A stretch of DNA of 64,000 nt from Octopus vulgaris (GCA_951406725.2 OX597837.1:14384001-14448000), one strand, 5' to 3'. Counted from the stretch's first letter, positions 26,525-43,740 are shown. The notes: generated from the sequence alone by a model not told the origin. A program made the numbers and translations.

Positions 26525-27674
26525 AGAGAGAGAGAATAAGAGTGTGCGTGTGTACTGAACTTAGAATGGCATAGTTCATTGGAACGTGAAACCTTACAAA
26601 TCGTAACTCCCAATTTCATGGACGATTTTGGAAAGTAGAGCATGAAATTGTATATATGATGTCTGGAAATCGTAGTAACCGCTAGTTGACTGACAACATA
26701 CGACCAGAATGTTTCTACGCGTAAAAATAACCCAAGAATTATATACTTGTATAATCCACATTGACAGAGACCTCTTAAAATTTTTACATTGTTTGTCAAA
26801 CCATAAAATTTTGATAGAAATACAATTAAAGTAAGCTATTCACGTAATAAATTTGCAGGTTACATCGATAATTTTAATTCTAAAAACTTATCCCAAAATA
26901 ATAATATAGTCAAGAGTTCTAACTACAAATATATTATAGCAATCAATAGCCCCTTAACGGTAATTATGCTAAAGTCCAATTTCAAAGTAACAGTTCCTCT
27001 AGGAGTTACAATAGCGAAATCCAGAATTGCTTTAAGTATATTTTTATCAACATAATTAGACATTATGAAACTTGACAGGAAATTTGCCCCAAGCATCTCC
27101 AAACACATCTGGTATTTAAAAGAAATACGATACAAGCCGGCTAAAATCCAGTTCACACTCGACCCTCTGGTATGATATTCCTTGTGTATATATTAGTTTC
27201 AGTGTATGTTTGCGCTGCAAGCTTTGATTTATAAGGAAATTGATAATATTCCATGAAGTAAATAGATTAAACGACCACTCAGAAATATTAGGAATTACCA
27301 GAGAGTCTTCATAGTTCCTAATTATGTATTTCCAATTACTACGTAATCATTTCCATCTTAATGGCTAATTATTAACTCAGCATAATCTAAAAATAAAACA
27401 AAATCGGGAAAATATACTTTTTTTTTTCACCTTTTTGTCCTTCTTGAAAATACTGAATGTATTCTAGTTATTTCCCTTGCATTATTATTACCACTCACAT
27501 CTATTTCTGAAATATACACACTGTATGGTGAGAAGTTCGCTTCGCAGCCACATGGTCCCGGGTTCAGTCCCACTGCGTGGCACCTTGGGCAAGTGTCTTC
27601 TACTATAGCTCCAGGCCGACCAAAGCTTTGTGAGTGGATTTGCTAGACGGAAACTGAATGAATCCCGACGTATA

Positions 27675-27716
<42 letters not shown>

Positions 27717-27804
27717 CATACATAATACATACATACATACATACGTACATACATGAATATATACCTACATAGCTATATTTTATATGTAGAATATATGTGT
27801 ATTT

Positions 27805-28047
27805 ATATGTATTTGCGTATGTATGTATGTATGTATGTGTGTGTGTGTATTTATGTATGTATGTATGTATGTATGTATGTATGTATGTATGTATGTATGT
27901 ATGTATGTATGTATGTGTGTATGTGTGTATGTATGTATGTATGTATGTATGTATGTATGTATGTATGTATGTATGTATGTGTGTGTGTGTGTTTGTATGT
28001 ATGTATGTATGTATGTATGTATGTATGTATGTATGTTTGTATGTATG

Positions 28048-28080
<33 letters not shown>

Positions 28081-28095
28081 GTGTATGTATGTATG

Positions 28096-28129
<34 letters not shown>

Positions 28130-28191
28130 TGTGTGTGTGTATATATGTGTGTATGTATGTATGTATGTATGTATGTATGTATGTATGTATG

Positions 28192-28225
<34 letters not shown>

Positions 28226-28305
28226 TGTATGTATGTATGTGTGTGTGTGTATGTATGTATGTATGTATGTATGTATGTATGTATGTATGTATGTATGTAT
28301 GTATG
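27805..28305 (+). repeat. (TGTA)n array
   Basis: Directly visible. Confidence 0.97.
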
Positions 28306-28575
28306 TTCATGCGAGCGCATTCCGTGCAGATGGGTTCACGGTGGCGTTGCAGTCGAGCTTCAGTCGTAAATGTCTCTCATGAATGTCATTTCTCTTCACA
28401 ACACATTTCACCACCAACCATTCTTCACCAAGGAACCCTTTGCTTTCTGACATTTCGCAGAAGACGTCAGACGCCGCCTTACCACTCAGCTTCTTCGCCT
28501 CACATTCACAGCAATTACTCACGCGCATGCACACGCTCTTTCACATGCACACATAACAACTTACACACACACACA

Positions 28576-28617
<42 letters not shown>

Positions 28618-29224
28618 AATATACACAAACATACACACAAACATGCAAAACACACAAACACATATATAATCACTGACGCACCGCACACCCACGCTCACAA
28701 CATATCGTATGGCTTGCTAGAAATAATAGCCAATTCTCCTAATTCTCCCAGGGAACCACGACCAACCGCTTTAGGAGATCCCATATCCCCCCCCACACAC
28801 ACACACACCACTACCACCACCCCCAAAAAAATTAGTGGTAATTTTGACGGGTTAGAATGCAAAGAGCAGTGCATAACATTTTGATCAAACGTCTTCAACT
28901 ATAGCCCCAGGCCGATAAATGCCACGTGCGCACACTTGATAGAAGGAAACTGTATGGAAGCCAGTCGTGTATGTGTGCATGTATGTGTGTGTGTGTGCGC
29001 GTGCGTGCGTGCATGTGTCTCTGTATGTGTGTGTCCACTGCCGGACAACTTGTGTCGGTTTGTTTACGTTCCATGTAACCTAGCAGTTCGACAAAAAGAC
29101 TCCGGCAGAATAAGTATCAAACTTAAAACAGAAATAAGTACTATGATCGATTTGTTCAGCTAAACCCTTTCAAAGTGGTGCCCCAGCATGGACGCAGTCC
29201 AGTGAGTGAAATAAGTAAGGGATC

Positions 29225-30321
<1,097 letters not shown>

Positions 30322-31345
30322 ATTGGATGTGAACACAGCATTGGAGCAGAAGAAAACAACATAGCATGGTATGTAAAAAATGCCACAGAACCACTATTAT
30401 TAGAAGTAAGAAGGTCAGGCTTGTGTAGGATGAAAGATTGCGAAGATAAAGCACCGTACAAGAAATTGAAAACGGATGAAACTGAAAATAGGTGGGTAAA
30501 GAAAAGAATGCATGGACAATTTCATGGGGATGTTGAAGATAAGACATACAGACAAAAAAGATGGCTGTGGATGACTAAAAGGGATTTAAAACCGGAAACG
30601 GAAGATCTAATGTGCTGCCCAAGAGCAAGCACTAAGAACAAGCTACATAAAATACAGAATTGAGAACACGGCAGAAAGTGATAAGTGCAGAATCTGTGGA
30701 CAAAACGGCAAAACCATATGGCATATTACCAGCTAATGTATGCCTCTAGCCCAGAAGGAATATTAGAAATGCCATGACAATATAGCCAGGCTTGTCCATT
30801 GGACACTCCGCAACAAGTATGGACTTGACTGAGCAAAAAAGTGGTACGACCACAAACCTGAAGGCATTGTCGAAAATGATAATGCAAAGATCTTGTGAGA
30901 TTTTACGATTCTGTGCGACCATGAGATAGAGAATAGGAAGCCAGACATAATCCTAATTGAGAAAGAAAACAAATTATGCTGGATCATAGATATAGCATGC
31001 CCAGCTGACAAGGTATGCGATAAGGAAGAAAGAAAAGTCGAGAGATATGACAGGTTAGCTTGGGAAGTTAAGCAGTTGTGGTCGAGGAAAAAGATAGCAG
31101 TGGTACCAATAATTGTCGGAGCACTGTGAATAGTGAGCAAAAATCTCGAGAAGTACTTGGAACAAATAGGGACTGCAATAAGGGTGGAGCACTTACAGAA
31201 AACAGCATTGCTTGGGATCACTCGAATACTCCGGAAGGTACTCGAAAAATAAGAGGTGTTACCGTAGTTCACTGGTAGTGAACAGCTGACACCGTAGTAC
31301 ATCTCCAGCGTTAGAAGCTGTGCAAAGGCAACAACAGCAACAACA
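30322..31345 (+). mobile_element. 5'-truncated, decayed R4/Dong-type retrotransposon embedded in (TAA)n
   Basis: KRMHGQF, WLW...LKPETE, CRICG...HI..C, HDNIA, RKPDI...IIDIACP and QKTALLGITRILRKVLEK* (stop 31250-31252); several internal stops; TAA repeats on both flanks. Confidence 0.88.
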
Positions 31346-32432
31346 ATAATAATAATAATAATAATAATGATAATCCTTTCTACTATAGGCACAAGGCCTG
31401 AAATTTGGGGGAGGTGGATAATCGATAAGATTGACCCCAGTACACAACTGGTACTTAATTTATCGACTCACACATATGCTCATACACACTTTCACACATG
31501 CACGTACACACATATACGCTCACACACAAAAAACACACGCTCTTTCTTGCTCTCTTTCTCCCCCCTCTCTCACATGCACACACACACGCACGCATACACA
31601 CACACACACACATCTTTCTTCATCGACAACAAAGGGAAGCTAATATGCGGTTGCTTGATTTGCAAGAAATAACAGTCGGACTTCTCTCAACTTACGCCTT
31701 ACTGCCTCTTCTGAGGGAGAACTACATTATCCAATTTAGTTTAGACACGTCTACTAAGAAAACCCATGCCGACGGGACTGTCACGGATGGAACGCTTTTG
31801 ATCACAAACCTACAGAATCAAAGACAACCTATACATTTTACAAATAGGCGCAATGTGGCTGTGTGGTAAGTAGCTTGCTTCCCAACCACATGGTTCCGGG
31901 TTCAGTCCCATTGCGTGGCACTTTGGTCTTCTACTATAGCCTTGGGCCCACCAAAGCCTTGTGAGTGGATTTGGTAGACAAATGTGTATGTGCCGGTGTT
32001 TTCTCTCCACCACACTTGCTACTGCTTGTCAACCGGTGTTGGTGTGTTTACGTCTCCGTAACTTAGCAGCTCGGTAAAACAGATCGATAGAATAAGTAGC
32101 AGGCTTTAAAAAAAAAAATTTTTTAATTAAAAGTAAAGTACTGGGATCGAGTCATTCGACTAGAAACCCTCTTCGTGGTGTTGCCCCAGCATGGCCGCAG
32201 CCTGACGCCTGAAACAAGCCAAAAAGTAAACGAGAGAAGTGGCAAAATTTACAGAAACCAAGGAAGGCTGCTGATGTTGCTGCTGTCATTGTCATTGTCA
32301 GCGTTATTGTTGCTTTTGCTGCTGCTGATATTGAAGGCGAAGTGGCAGGTTCAAACAGCGCTGAGGTCAACTTCGCCTTTCGTTCTCTCAGGTTCACTAA
32401 GACAAGTACCAGTAATGTACTAGGGCACATCC

Positions 32433-32477
<45 letters not shown>

Positions 32478-32675
32478 TCTCTTCTTGTGTCTATCCCTCT
32501 CGTGGCCAGACCTAGACAGTCTAAAAATGCCCAAGTCATTATCTGTGTCAAAAAGGCGAACCCGAAACTTCAGGGTTTGACGGTCCAAAGTAAAGTAACA
32601 CACACACACATACACAAACTCTTTCAATCTCTTTCTTTTACTCCCCGTTTCTCTCTTTATCTCTCACACATACTC

Positions 32676-32732
<57 letters not shown>

Positions 32733-32848
32733 TGATCCAAACAAGAAAACACAAAAAAACACAACAACGCGAGGACGTGGAACAAATATAGTATTATTGG
32801 ACGCTCATACATATATACACATACATATAGCTTGTATGTATATATATA

Positions 32849-32901
<53 letters not shown>

Positions 32902-33081
32902 AAAAAAACACATATATACATATATATATATACATATAGCTTGTATATATAAATATATATATGTATGTATAATGAAATACTTTTAATATGTTATAGATTG
33001 ATAGATAGATATGATTCCTAAAACACGTGTCTATATGTAATACACATATCATATATCTATATATGATATATATATACATAC

Positions 33082-33141
<60 letters not shown>

Positions 33142-33173
33142 CGATATTTATAACTCGCTCTGAGATTTATCAT

Positions 33174-33242
<69 letters not shown>

Positions 33243-33949
33243 TTTATACATACAAATAAGATTTTCGTCTTTTCGTTAGTCTTTACTCACACGAAACACT
33301 TCATTCTGACGAAATCATTCACAAAACACCGCCACCGCCGCCGCCACCGAAAATGTACTCTTAATAAACCTTCAATACTCAAGTACACCGTAATGCCACC
33401 CCCACCCCCAACTTACCCATTAATAATAATAATAATAATAGTAATAGTAACAGTAATAGTAACAACAGTGTGTAATGATTGTATTCTAAAAATAGAATAG
33501 TTTAGTGTGGTGCGGTGTGGCGCGGTGTGGTGCGGTGCGGTGTGGTCCACCCACGCGAAATTTGTCACCACCCACTAACGGGAATACAACCAGCCTTTTA
33601 TACGTGGTGGCATCCGTTTCGTACACGTGTCTTGTACAAACTAGTTGTGGAAGGTAGAAAGACGGTCGTCGATGGTCGTGAGAAAGCAAAACCAACGTTT
33701 ATCGATCCGTCTCCACCATCATCATCATCATCGTCGTCATCATCGTCATCATCATGCTTATCTTCGTCTGTAATCTCCACGGTTTCATTGTATTTCACTT
33801 ACTACGCCCTTCTTTTCATCGTTTACACATATAAAAAAAAAAAATTAAAAGAGAAAAAAAAAAACCCACGAATCACGGCAACAATTCATTCTCTACTTTC
33901 ACTTTCGAGTATAAAATATTAATAACAAAAAAACCTTGCTTTTACTTTA

Positions 33950-33970
33950 TTATATTATTACTATTATTAC

Positions 33971-34001
<31 letters not shown>

Positions 34002-34053
34002 GTTATTATTATTATTACTATTATTATTATTATTATTATTATTATTATCATCA

Positions 34054-34088
<35 letters not shown>

Positions 34089-34137
34089 GTTATTATTATT
34101 ATTACTATTATTATTATTATTATTATTATTATTATCA

Positions 34138-34172
<35 letters not shown>

Positions 34173-34221
34173 GTTATTATTATTATTACTATTATTATTA
34201 TTATTATTATTATTATCATCA

Positions 34222-34259
<38 letters not shown>

Positions 34260-34273
34260 GTTATTATTATTAC

Positions 34274-34304
<31 letters not shown>

Positions 34305-34400
34305 GTTATTATTATTATTATTGTTATTATTATTATCATTATTATTATCATTATTATTATTACTATCATTATTATTATTATTATTATTACTATTATTGTG
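33950..34400 (+). repeat. (TTA)n array with recurring variant units
   Basis: Directly visible. Confidence 0.97.
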
Positions 34401-34611
34401 GTTGTTGTTGTTGGTGGTGGTGTTGGTTTTTGCCTTTCTCTTCTATTTCTATCCCATTCACGTGTAGTTTATAATTTATATAGATTGGTGCATGCGTAGA
34501 AAATGTGAGTACTATTTCGTAATGCCCGCCCGTAACTGTACGTACATGTGAGTGGGAGGGAGTCTTCTGAATCATCTCCCCCCTCTCTCTCCACCCTCTC
34601 TCTCTCTCCCC

Positions 34612-34642
<31 letters not shown>

Positions 34643-34707
34643 AATAGATATAGATATATATATAAATAGATAGGTAGATAGATAGCTAGATAGCTAGATA
34701 TGTATGC

Positions 34708-34755
<48 letters not shown>

Positions 34756-34790
34756 GTATATATGTATTTATATATATATATGTATATGTC

Positions 34791-34844
<54 letters not shown>

Positions 34845-35064
34845 AATATGTGTATATATTTATGTATAATTTTATAAATATGTATATAAGTATATGCACG
34901 TATGTATATAAATATATATACATATATGTATGTGTGTATATATATATGAGTGTATACATATGTGTGTATACATGTATATATATGTGTATATATATAAATA
35001 TATTTATGTATATATATATATATATATATGTCCGTATATATATGTCTATATAAGTATATGTACG

Positions 35065-35117
<53 letters not shown>

Positions 35118-35182
35118 ATGTATAGATATATATGTATATATGCATGTATATATTCGTTTATGTATGTATGTATGTATGTATG

Positions 35183-35235
<53 letters not shown>

Positions 35236-35301
35236 ATATATTATTAATATTTAGCAGAAGCCCTCCTGCTAAATATTAAAAACATACATATATATATATA
35301 T

Positions 35302-35359
<58 letters not shown>

Positions 35360-36395
35360 ATGTATGTATGTAAGTATGTATGTATATATATATATACACT
35401 GATGCACACGGACACCACATACCCTCTCTCACACACAAATGCACATACATATACTCATATACAAACATACACAGATATATGTCCATGTATATATGTATGT
35501 ATGTATTTATGTATGTATTTATGTACGTATGTATGTATGTATGTATGTATGTATGTATGTGTGTGTGTATGTATGTATGTATGTATGTACGTATGTATGT
35601 GTGTATGTATGTACGTATGTATGTATGTATGTATGTATGCATGTATGTATGTGTGTGTGTGTGTGTATGTGTGTGTGTGTGTATGTGTGTGTGTGTATGA
35701 GTAAAATGTGATCATCTGATTGAATGGTGAAGTAGAAAGTAACTGAATGAGAGAGAGAGAGAGAGGCATGAATGGTTTATTGAATGAGCAAAGAGAGGGG
35801 GAGAAGATGGATGGGGGGGGGGGGAGACAGAGACACAAACAGGCAGGTAGACAGACAGACGGACAGACAGACGGGCAGACAGGCAGACGGACAGGTAGGC
35901 AGGCATCCAGGCAGAGTTGTACCTGCGGAAAATACTAAATTACTATTGGAGTTGTAGTTGTACGCGAAAATGCAAATGCTGTCTGTGTGTGTGTATGTGT
36001 GTGTGTGAGTGTGTGTGTGTGTGTTGGTTTGTAGTAAATCGTTATAGAGAGGTGTGTGTGTGTGTGGGGGGGAGAGCTGAATCACATGAGAATCAATGTA
36101 TTTGTCGGAGAGGTGTATGTGTGTGTGTGTGTGCGTACGTAGGTGAAAGTGCGCGTTTGCCGGCTCTCAGCTGGGTGCACGGACGTGTGTGTACGTTGAT
36201 AAGAGTGTGCACATGTATGTATGTTTGTGTGTATGTATGTATGTATGTATGTATATATGTATTTATGTATGTATGTGCGGGTGTGATTGTGAACGTGCTC
36301 GTTTCGAAATGTGTGTATATTGTATTGTAAAGTGTATAGTGAAGAATATTCACTGTTGAGAGGGATTGTGGTTGGTTAAGCTCCCCGCCAAACAC

Positions 36396-36450
<55 letters not shown>

Positions 36451-36496
36451 TGGTTCGTATATATGCGTGTGTGTATGTGTGTATGCATATCTACTC

Positions 36497-36557
<61 letters not shown>

Positions 36558-36630
36558 GCAGTCTACACTGATATGTATATATACAGACATACATATCAAA
36601 ATGTATGTACATACGTACGAGTGTGCATAC

Positions 36631-36767
<137 letters not shown>

Positions 36768-37902
36768 TTCACGCTTACATACACGAATACACATAGACAT
36801 ACACACAAACATAGACATACACACACAGGTATAAGGGGGAAAAAACAGACATGGGCCGAAAGTCAGACGAAGAAGGACAAAGACACGTTGGACAGATGAT
36901 GACAGACGAAGACAGACAGAATTTTCTTATCATAAAGGAAGATCAAATGTCGACTAACTTCTTAATGGAATTTCTTCATTTAAGTCATTCGTTCTTAAAC
37001 GCTTCTTTCTTCTTTGTCATCTTCTCTGGCAAAACAATGGCAATATTTGGCACTACGAAGCCAATCTTTGGCACCAATATGCAATTCTTTGGCGCTAACA
37101 CGTCAAATTTTGGCATTAAGACGCCAATCTTTGGCTCTGACATGTCAAATTTTGGCAAGTGATGACACAATGTCATCGTTCTCATCTCTCTGTCGTTGTT
37201 CGTTGGTCTTTACTAAGTGTTTGCTCATGTTTCCAGCATCTACTGCTCACCATTTTCTCCAAGACACAAAATTCCTTTAACCAATTCTCAAGCAGCCAAG
37301 CTATTTCTTCTTCATCTTTGGTAAATCTCATGTCAGATGTTGTTTCGCCTCTAAAACTTAAAATATCTAATATCTTCTTGTTTGAATGGCTTTAATTAAT
37401 TTATTTAATTAAACTTTTTTCAAAAAAGACGTTAGAGTGTTACTTTGGAAGAGGTTTTAGCTGCTATTTCTGGCCGGTCGTTCGAAGGAAGGGCTGTTTT
37501 CTTTGTTGGTTCGGTTTTAAAGCTGATGATTTGGCGAATGTGGTTAGCTTCTCCGGTCGCTGTCTCACGCACAACACTGTTTAAAGAAATGTTAGTACGG
37601 AGGACAGTGACAGCAGCAGCCACCAGCGGTATCATCATCATCATCTTCATCATCTTCATCATGAACAACAGCAGCGTTATTAGCAGCGTTAATTGCAGCG
37701 GTTCCAGCAGCAGTTGTTGCAGCAACAGACTGGAATGTCGTCTCTTGGATAAACCTCTTCCATTATTTCTTCCATCCATCGCAGTTCAATTCGAAAATCT
37801 TCTCAATCGTTCCGACTTCTTTATTCACCATTTCCGAAGAATGAGCCAAGCCATCCGCTCTGGTCGAAGTCAACGTTGCTTCTGACAGCAGCAACAGAAA
37901 CG

Positions 37903-37938
<36 letters not shown>

Positions 37939-38247
37939 ATAGTAGTAGTAATAGTAGTAGGAGTAGTAGCAGCAGCAGCAGCCAGAGCAGTAGTAGTGGT
38001 GATGGTGGTGGTGGTGGTGGTGGTGGGAGTGGTGTTTTTTTCTTCTTTTTTTCTTTTCTTCCCACCCCCTCCCCCTCCCAGTACTAATTCCAGCGATTTT
38101 GAGATTCATTCAGGGTTTGTAGTAAGAATGACGATCGCTCTGCCAATATTCATCGGGACGAAACGGAATGACACCTTCTCAGCTGTAATGAAATTGGTTC
38201 GTTACTATACACACCTCCACTCCTGCAATTAGCGCTTAGACAACAAG

Positions 38248-38560
<313 letters not shown>

Positions 38561-38920
38561 AGATATGTATAAGATATACATATATATATATGTGCGTGTG
38601 TGTGTATGTTTGTATTGGGAATTCCAGGTGCTGGTGTTGGTGGTGGGGTGCATGGGAGTGTGTGTGGGTATTTGTGCATACTTAGGTATGTATGAGTGTG
38701 TATATATACATGGGTATGAGTGTGTGTGTGTGTGTATGTTTGCATGCGACGTGTGACTATGTGAGCGGGTATTGTCGAGATGAATAAATCTGTGAAATTG
38801 ATGCTGTTGCTGCTATTGTTGATGTTGATGTTGTTGTTGTTGGTGGTGGTGTTTGTGTTATTATTGCATTGTTCTTTGTGTTTCAGGTATCTAAGGTAGT
38901 GAAGGTGTGTGTATGTATAT

Positions 38921-38963
<43 letters not shown>

Positions 38964-39026
38964 TGTATGTAGATATGTGTAGATGTGAGTATATGCATGT
39001 GTATATATGTATATATGAATGAATGT

Positions 39027-39058
<32 letters not shown>

Positions 39059-39150
39059 GAATGAGCGTGTATATAATATGAATGTATGTTTATATATGTT
39101 TGTGTCTGTCTATATGTGTGTATGTATATATGTAATTGTATGTATATATG

Positions 39151-39181
<31 letters not shown>

Positions 39182-39279
39182 ATAAATCTACGGATGAATG
39201 AGCACATTCGTATATATATCCACGTGCATATCGATGTTCTTGTGTTTTTCTGAACAGGTGCTCGCTGATGCGCACGCGC

Positions 39280-39314
<35 letters not shown>

Positions 39315-41844
39315 TACGCTCAGGCAGGTGTGGGTGTGAATGTGTGTATGTGTATGTGTGTGTGTGTGTGCCAGGGCGGCAACGTATGAAATGCGAGGTG
39401 GCGCGGGTGTATGCTCGTGAGAGTATGTGCTCGAGCAAGCCTGTGTGTGTGTGCCAGTGTGGGTAAGTGCCTGTGCGGGTATGCGGGGATCCGGGTGCGA
39501 GTGCGGATGCGTGTGCGTGTGCGAGTGCCAGAGTGTGCTGATGCGCTGAGGTATTCTTATGTAAACCGATGTTTCCAGTCGTGATTCCCCGGGTAGAGTC
39601 CAAATGGCATTGCTAAGTGGCACACACGTCGAGAAAGAAGAAGTAAAAACAATATTAATAAAAGGAAGCATTTACACAAAAGACATATATATATTAATGC
39701 AAACATTATACATATATATATGTATGTATGTATATATATATATACATATGATTAAAGCTAAATATTGGTGTTGTATTTTTGTTCCCTGTTATTTTTTTCA
39801 TTCCAAAATGCTGGCGATATTTCAAGAACTTGCAAAGACCAATTTCTTGAAGTTGATGTCACGACTGCATTTAAAGGACAGGATTTGCCTTTCCACTCCG
39901 CCGCCGCCGCTGCCGTCACCACTCGGTTCTTCCCACGGTCTGCACTGGCAAGCAAGCGAAAAACGCAAACAGCGTTGGCGGCAACCCTCGCTGGCTTTTC
40001 AAAGTGATGTTGTCGTAATAGTTTCGCGACCATTTGGTGAGCTGAGTCGAGCCAAAAGAAAAAATTTAACCAGCAATTTGCAACCTGTGCCGACCTGTGT
40101 GCGTGCGGTGCATATGTATGTATGTGTGTGTGTGTGTTTGTAGTTAAGTATATGTGTGTATGCAATGCTATAGAGATGAGCCCGCATCCCTCGAGGGATA
40201 TTTCTGTCATTTGAAAGTGAAACTGAAAGTGAAAGTCATTTAACACATCGAACTCTTCCTTCTCGGCTTTGCTTTTTTTCTTTTCTTTTTTGACTTTTTT
40301 TTTTCAGGAAAGAAAGCGAAAACATTAATTACAACAACAGCAAAATGCTAAATAATAATAATAACAATAATAATAGTAATAAAAGCAATAATAAAAATAG
40401 CGGATTAAAATCATTACATATCAAATCGGTAAACACGTTTCTTTTTTCCATTTTCACTTTTTTTTCCTTCTGTTTATCTCTCAGCATCATTCCTCATTTA
40501 CGCGCGTGTGCACCAGCAATTTCTCGCTCATCTACTTTCTTCAAAAGTATTTCCAGCATAAGAATAGATGGATAGATAGATAGATAGATATAGATAAGTA
40601 TAGATAGACAGATAGATAGATAGATGGATATGCAGTTATCAGCTGTGTCGCCGGATCAGGAGAGATTTGTTAATTAAAGCCCCAAAAACTATCTCGTTGT
40701 AGTTGTTTTGCTAGTAAAAGCAAGCATTCACACATTTGAAGAAAAAAAAAAAGAAGGCAGAAAAAAATCTGTCATCACAGCGTCATCACGTCGTTGTATC
40801 TAATTCATCCATACTTTCACCATTCAGATCAGAGGGGAAAGAAAAATGGAAAAATTCCGAAAAAATTTAGTCTAATTCCTTTCGTCTTTCGCTAGACCAA
40901 AACCGCTGCTCCTCGGCTAAGATTCAAAGGCAGACGAAGACAGCTGGTTAAGTTTTCGTTGTGTTCTCTATGAGTCTCTGCGATTCAACTGGACTTTTCT
41001 AGCAAGCAGCGTACTATTTGAGGAAAATAGCAAGCGGGTGCGCGTGCGTGCGTGTGTGTCTCCCCGCCGCACATCCAGACCAACCGATCGTTCTTGCAAC
41101 TAATCGAAGCAACGATTTCCAAACAACGCCCACTTTTCCTTATAAGGAAATGTTCTGCGATAAAGAGGGATGGCCTGGGATGGCAGAAAAACGAATGGAG
41201 TCGAGCCTGGACTGGATGGGGGAGATGGGGGGATGGAGGCGGAGGCGGCGGCGCTGGCGGCGGCGCTGTCGGTGGCGGCGGTGGTAGAATTCATCTTGTA
41301 GCAACCGATGTAGTATAGTAGTAGTAGTAGTAGAAATAGTAGAATGTATTTTCGATATTGTTGTGGTTGCTGCTGTTGTGATTGTTGTTGTTGTTGTTGT
41401 TGTTACTGCTGCTCACGTGCTTCGTGTTGTTCTTGTCCTTGTTACTCACGCACTTGTTGTGGTTTGTTGTTGCTGTTGTTGTTGTTGTTGTTGTGGTTTG
41501 TTGTTGCTACAGGTGTTTCGTTGTTGTTGTTGTTGTTGTTGTAATAGTAGATACTCTTGCAGTGTGTCACCAGCACCCTGTCCACACAACCACCCATACA
41601 CACCAACTACATACACACACACACCACCACCACCACCTGTCTACTTCCACCTCAACCCTCATCCCTTCAACCACATGCCTCTAGATAAGCGCGCGAACAC
41701 GCATCTATATATATACATATATATACATACATATATACATACATACATATATGCGTACATACACCCACCCCAGATACACACGCACACACACACATGCCCC
41801 TACATACACCACTAGACACACATACACATACACACACCACACTA

Positions 41845-41880
<36 letters not shown>

Positions 41881-42624
41881 CACTCATATACTAAGTATAC
41901 CCTAAGCATACACACACCACCCACATACATAAGCAGAGCTTGTTGCTAGTGTTGTTGTTGTTGCTGCTGTTTAACCCCAGGTTACACCCGATGGAGCAGA
42001 CGTGTAATCATAGCTAATCCAACCACGACCAACACATTTTATTGCTATACCTATGACTGTAATATTCAATGTGTCCTTCATTTCTTTTAAGACCAGACCA
42101 CCTGTGCTTTAAGGGAGACTTACAGCTCTTTCTAGCAGGTCAAACAACCACTTAGGGGCTCCCACGCTGCAAGTGCTTTTGTGTGTGTGTGTATATGCTT
42201 TCTCTGTGTGTGTGTGTGTGTGTGTGTGTAGTTTGTGTTTGCATATATATGTGTGTGTGTGTGCATGTATGTTGCGTGTTTGTTTGCAGATCCGTGTGTG
42301 AGGGTATCTGCGTGTGTTTTTGCAAGTATGTATATATACATAATGTGTTGTGTAGATATACACACGCATATACACATTCAAATACAGACACACACAAATA
42401 TACATACATGCGGATGTAAATAAACACATGTGTGCCTATAACTGCATGTCTATACATCTATATAGATATTCATGTGTATACACACACACACATATATATA
42501 TTGTGTGTGTATTGGTTTGTATAAATGTACCTGTATGTGTATGTGCATATATATTAGTATGTGTTTGCATGTGTTAGCGTGTATATTATGAGTGCTGTGT
42601 GTATATCTGTATGTTTGAATGCAT

Positions 42625-42692
<68 letters not shown>

Positions 42693-42973
42693 GTATATAT
42701 ATATAAATAAGCTTGTGTTTACATTTATATATATATGGTTGTATTTCTATGTATGCATGTGTATATGTATGTGTGTGTGTGTGTGTGTGTGTGTTAGGTT
42801 TAGTGTAAATATGAGAATGCAGTGTAAACACCTGAAGAATGAGTAAACGTGTTCAAACCACAGGCGTTAATGTGTGTGTGTGTATGCATTTATGTACATT
42901 TACATATACATACATTGATAGAAACACACACACATATATATATATATATACACACATTAATGCATGCTTATAT

Positions 42974-43034
<61 letters not shown>

Positions 43035-43417
43035 TACATCAATACATGCATACGTATGTGTGTATGTGTACACACTAAACGTTACAACAAATATCAGAAA
43101 ATGTTCTATGTATATATATACATATATATACATATTTACACACACACACAAGAAGAGTGTAGAAAATTGACAAGTTGATAGTTTGTGTGTATATATACAA
43201 CAATGTATTTATTTGGCATATAGGTTTAGGACTTTGAACAAATTTGCCCACTTGTGCAAAACACTGCTTACTAAAAGATCACCAGTAATACCAACACCAA
43301 GATAGCCACCATCACCATCATCATCATCACTATCATCATTATCATCATCACCATCATCATCATCATCACCATCATTATCATCGTCGTCGTCATCGTCGTT
43401 GTCATCTTTGTCATCGC

Positions 43418-43450
<33 letters not shown>

Positions 43451-43671
43451 TATCATCATCATCATCATCAACAGATTGCTAATAACGGGGCCTGAGATGT
43501 TTGTGTAAATTAATTAATAAATCTGTTTGTGAGAAGAGGGTGGTGGTGGTGGGGGAAGGTGCGTGCGTGTGTATGTGTGTGTGTGTGTGTGTGTGTGCAT
43601 GCGTGCGTGTGTGTGTGTGTGTGTGTGAGAAAGTGTGAAGGAGAAACAGAATGAGATGGCTGAGTTTAAGT

Positions 43672-43705
<34 letters not shown>

Positions 43706-43709
43706 TCAC

Positions 43710-43740
<31 letters not shown>

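Noticed and set aside
33515-33922. Poly-D or poly-S ORFs in a unique island
   Set aside because: Short, built on a CAT/CGT repeat, no homology recognised; could be UTR but unsupported.
41275-41295. ggtagaattca resembling the miR-183/miR-263 3' half
   Set aside because: The seed (ggcact) is absent and no precursor hairpin is evident.
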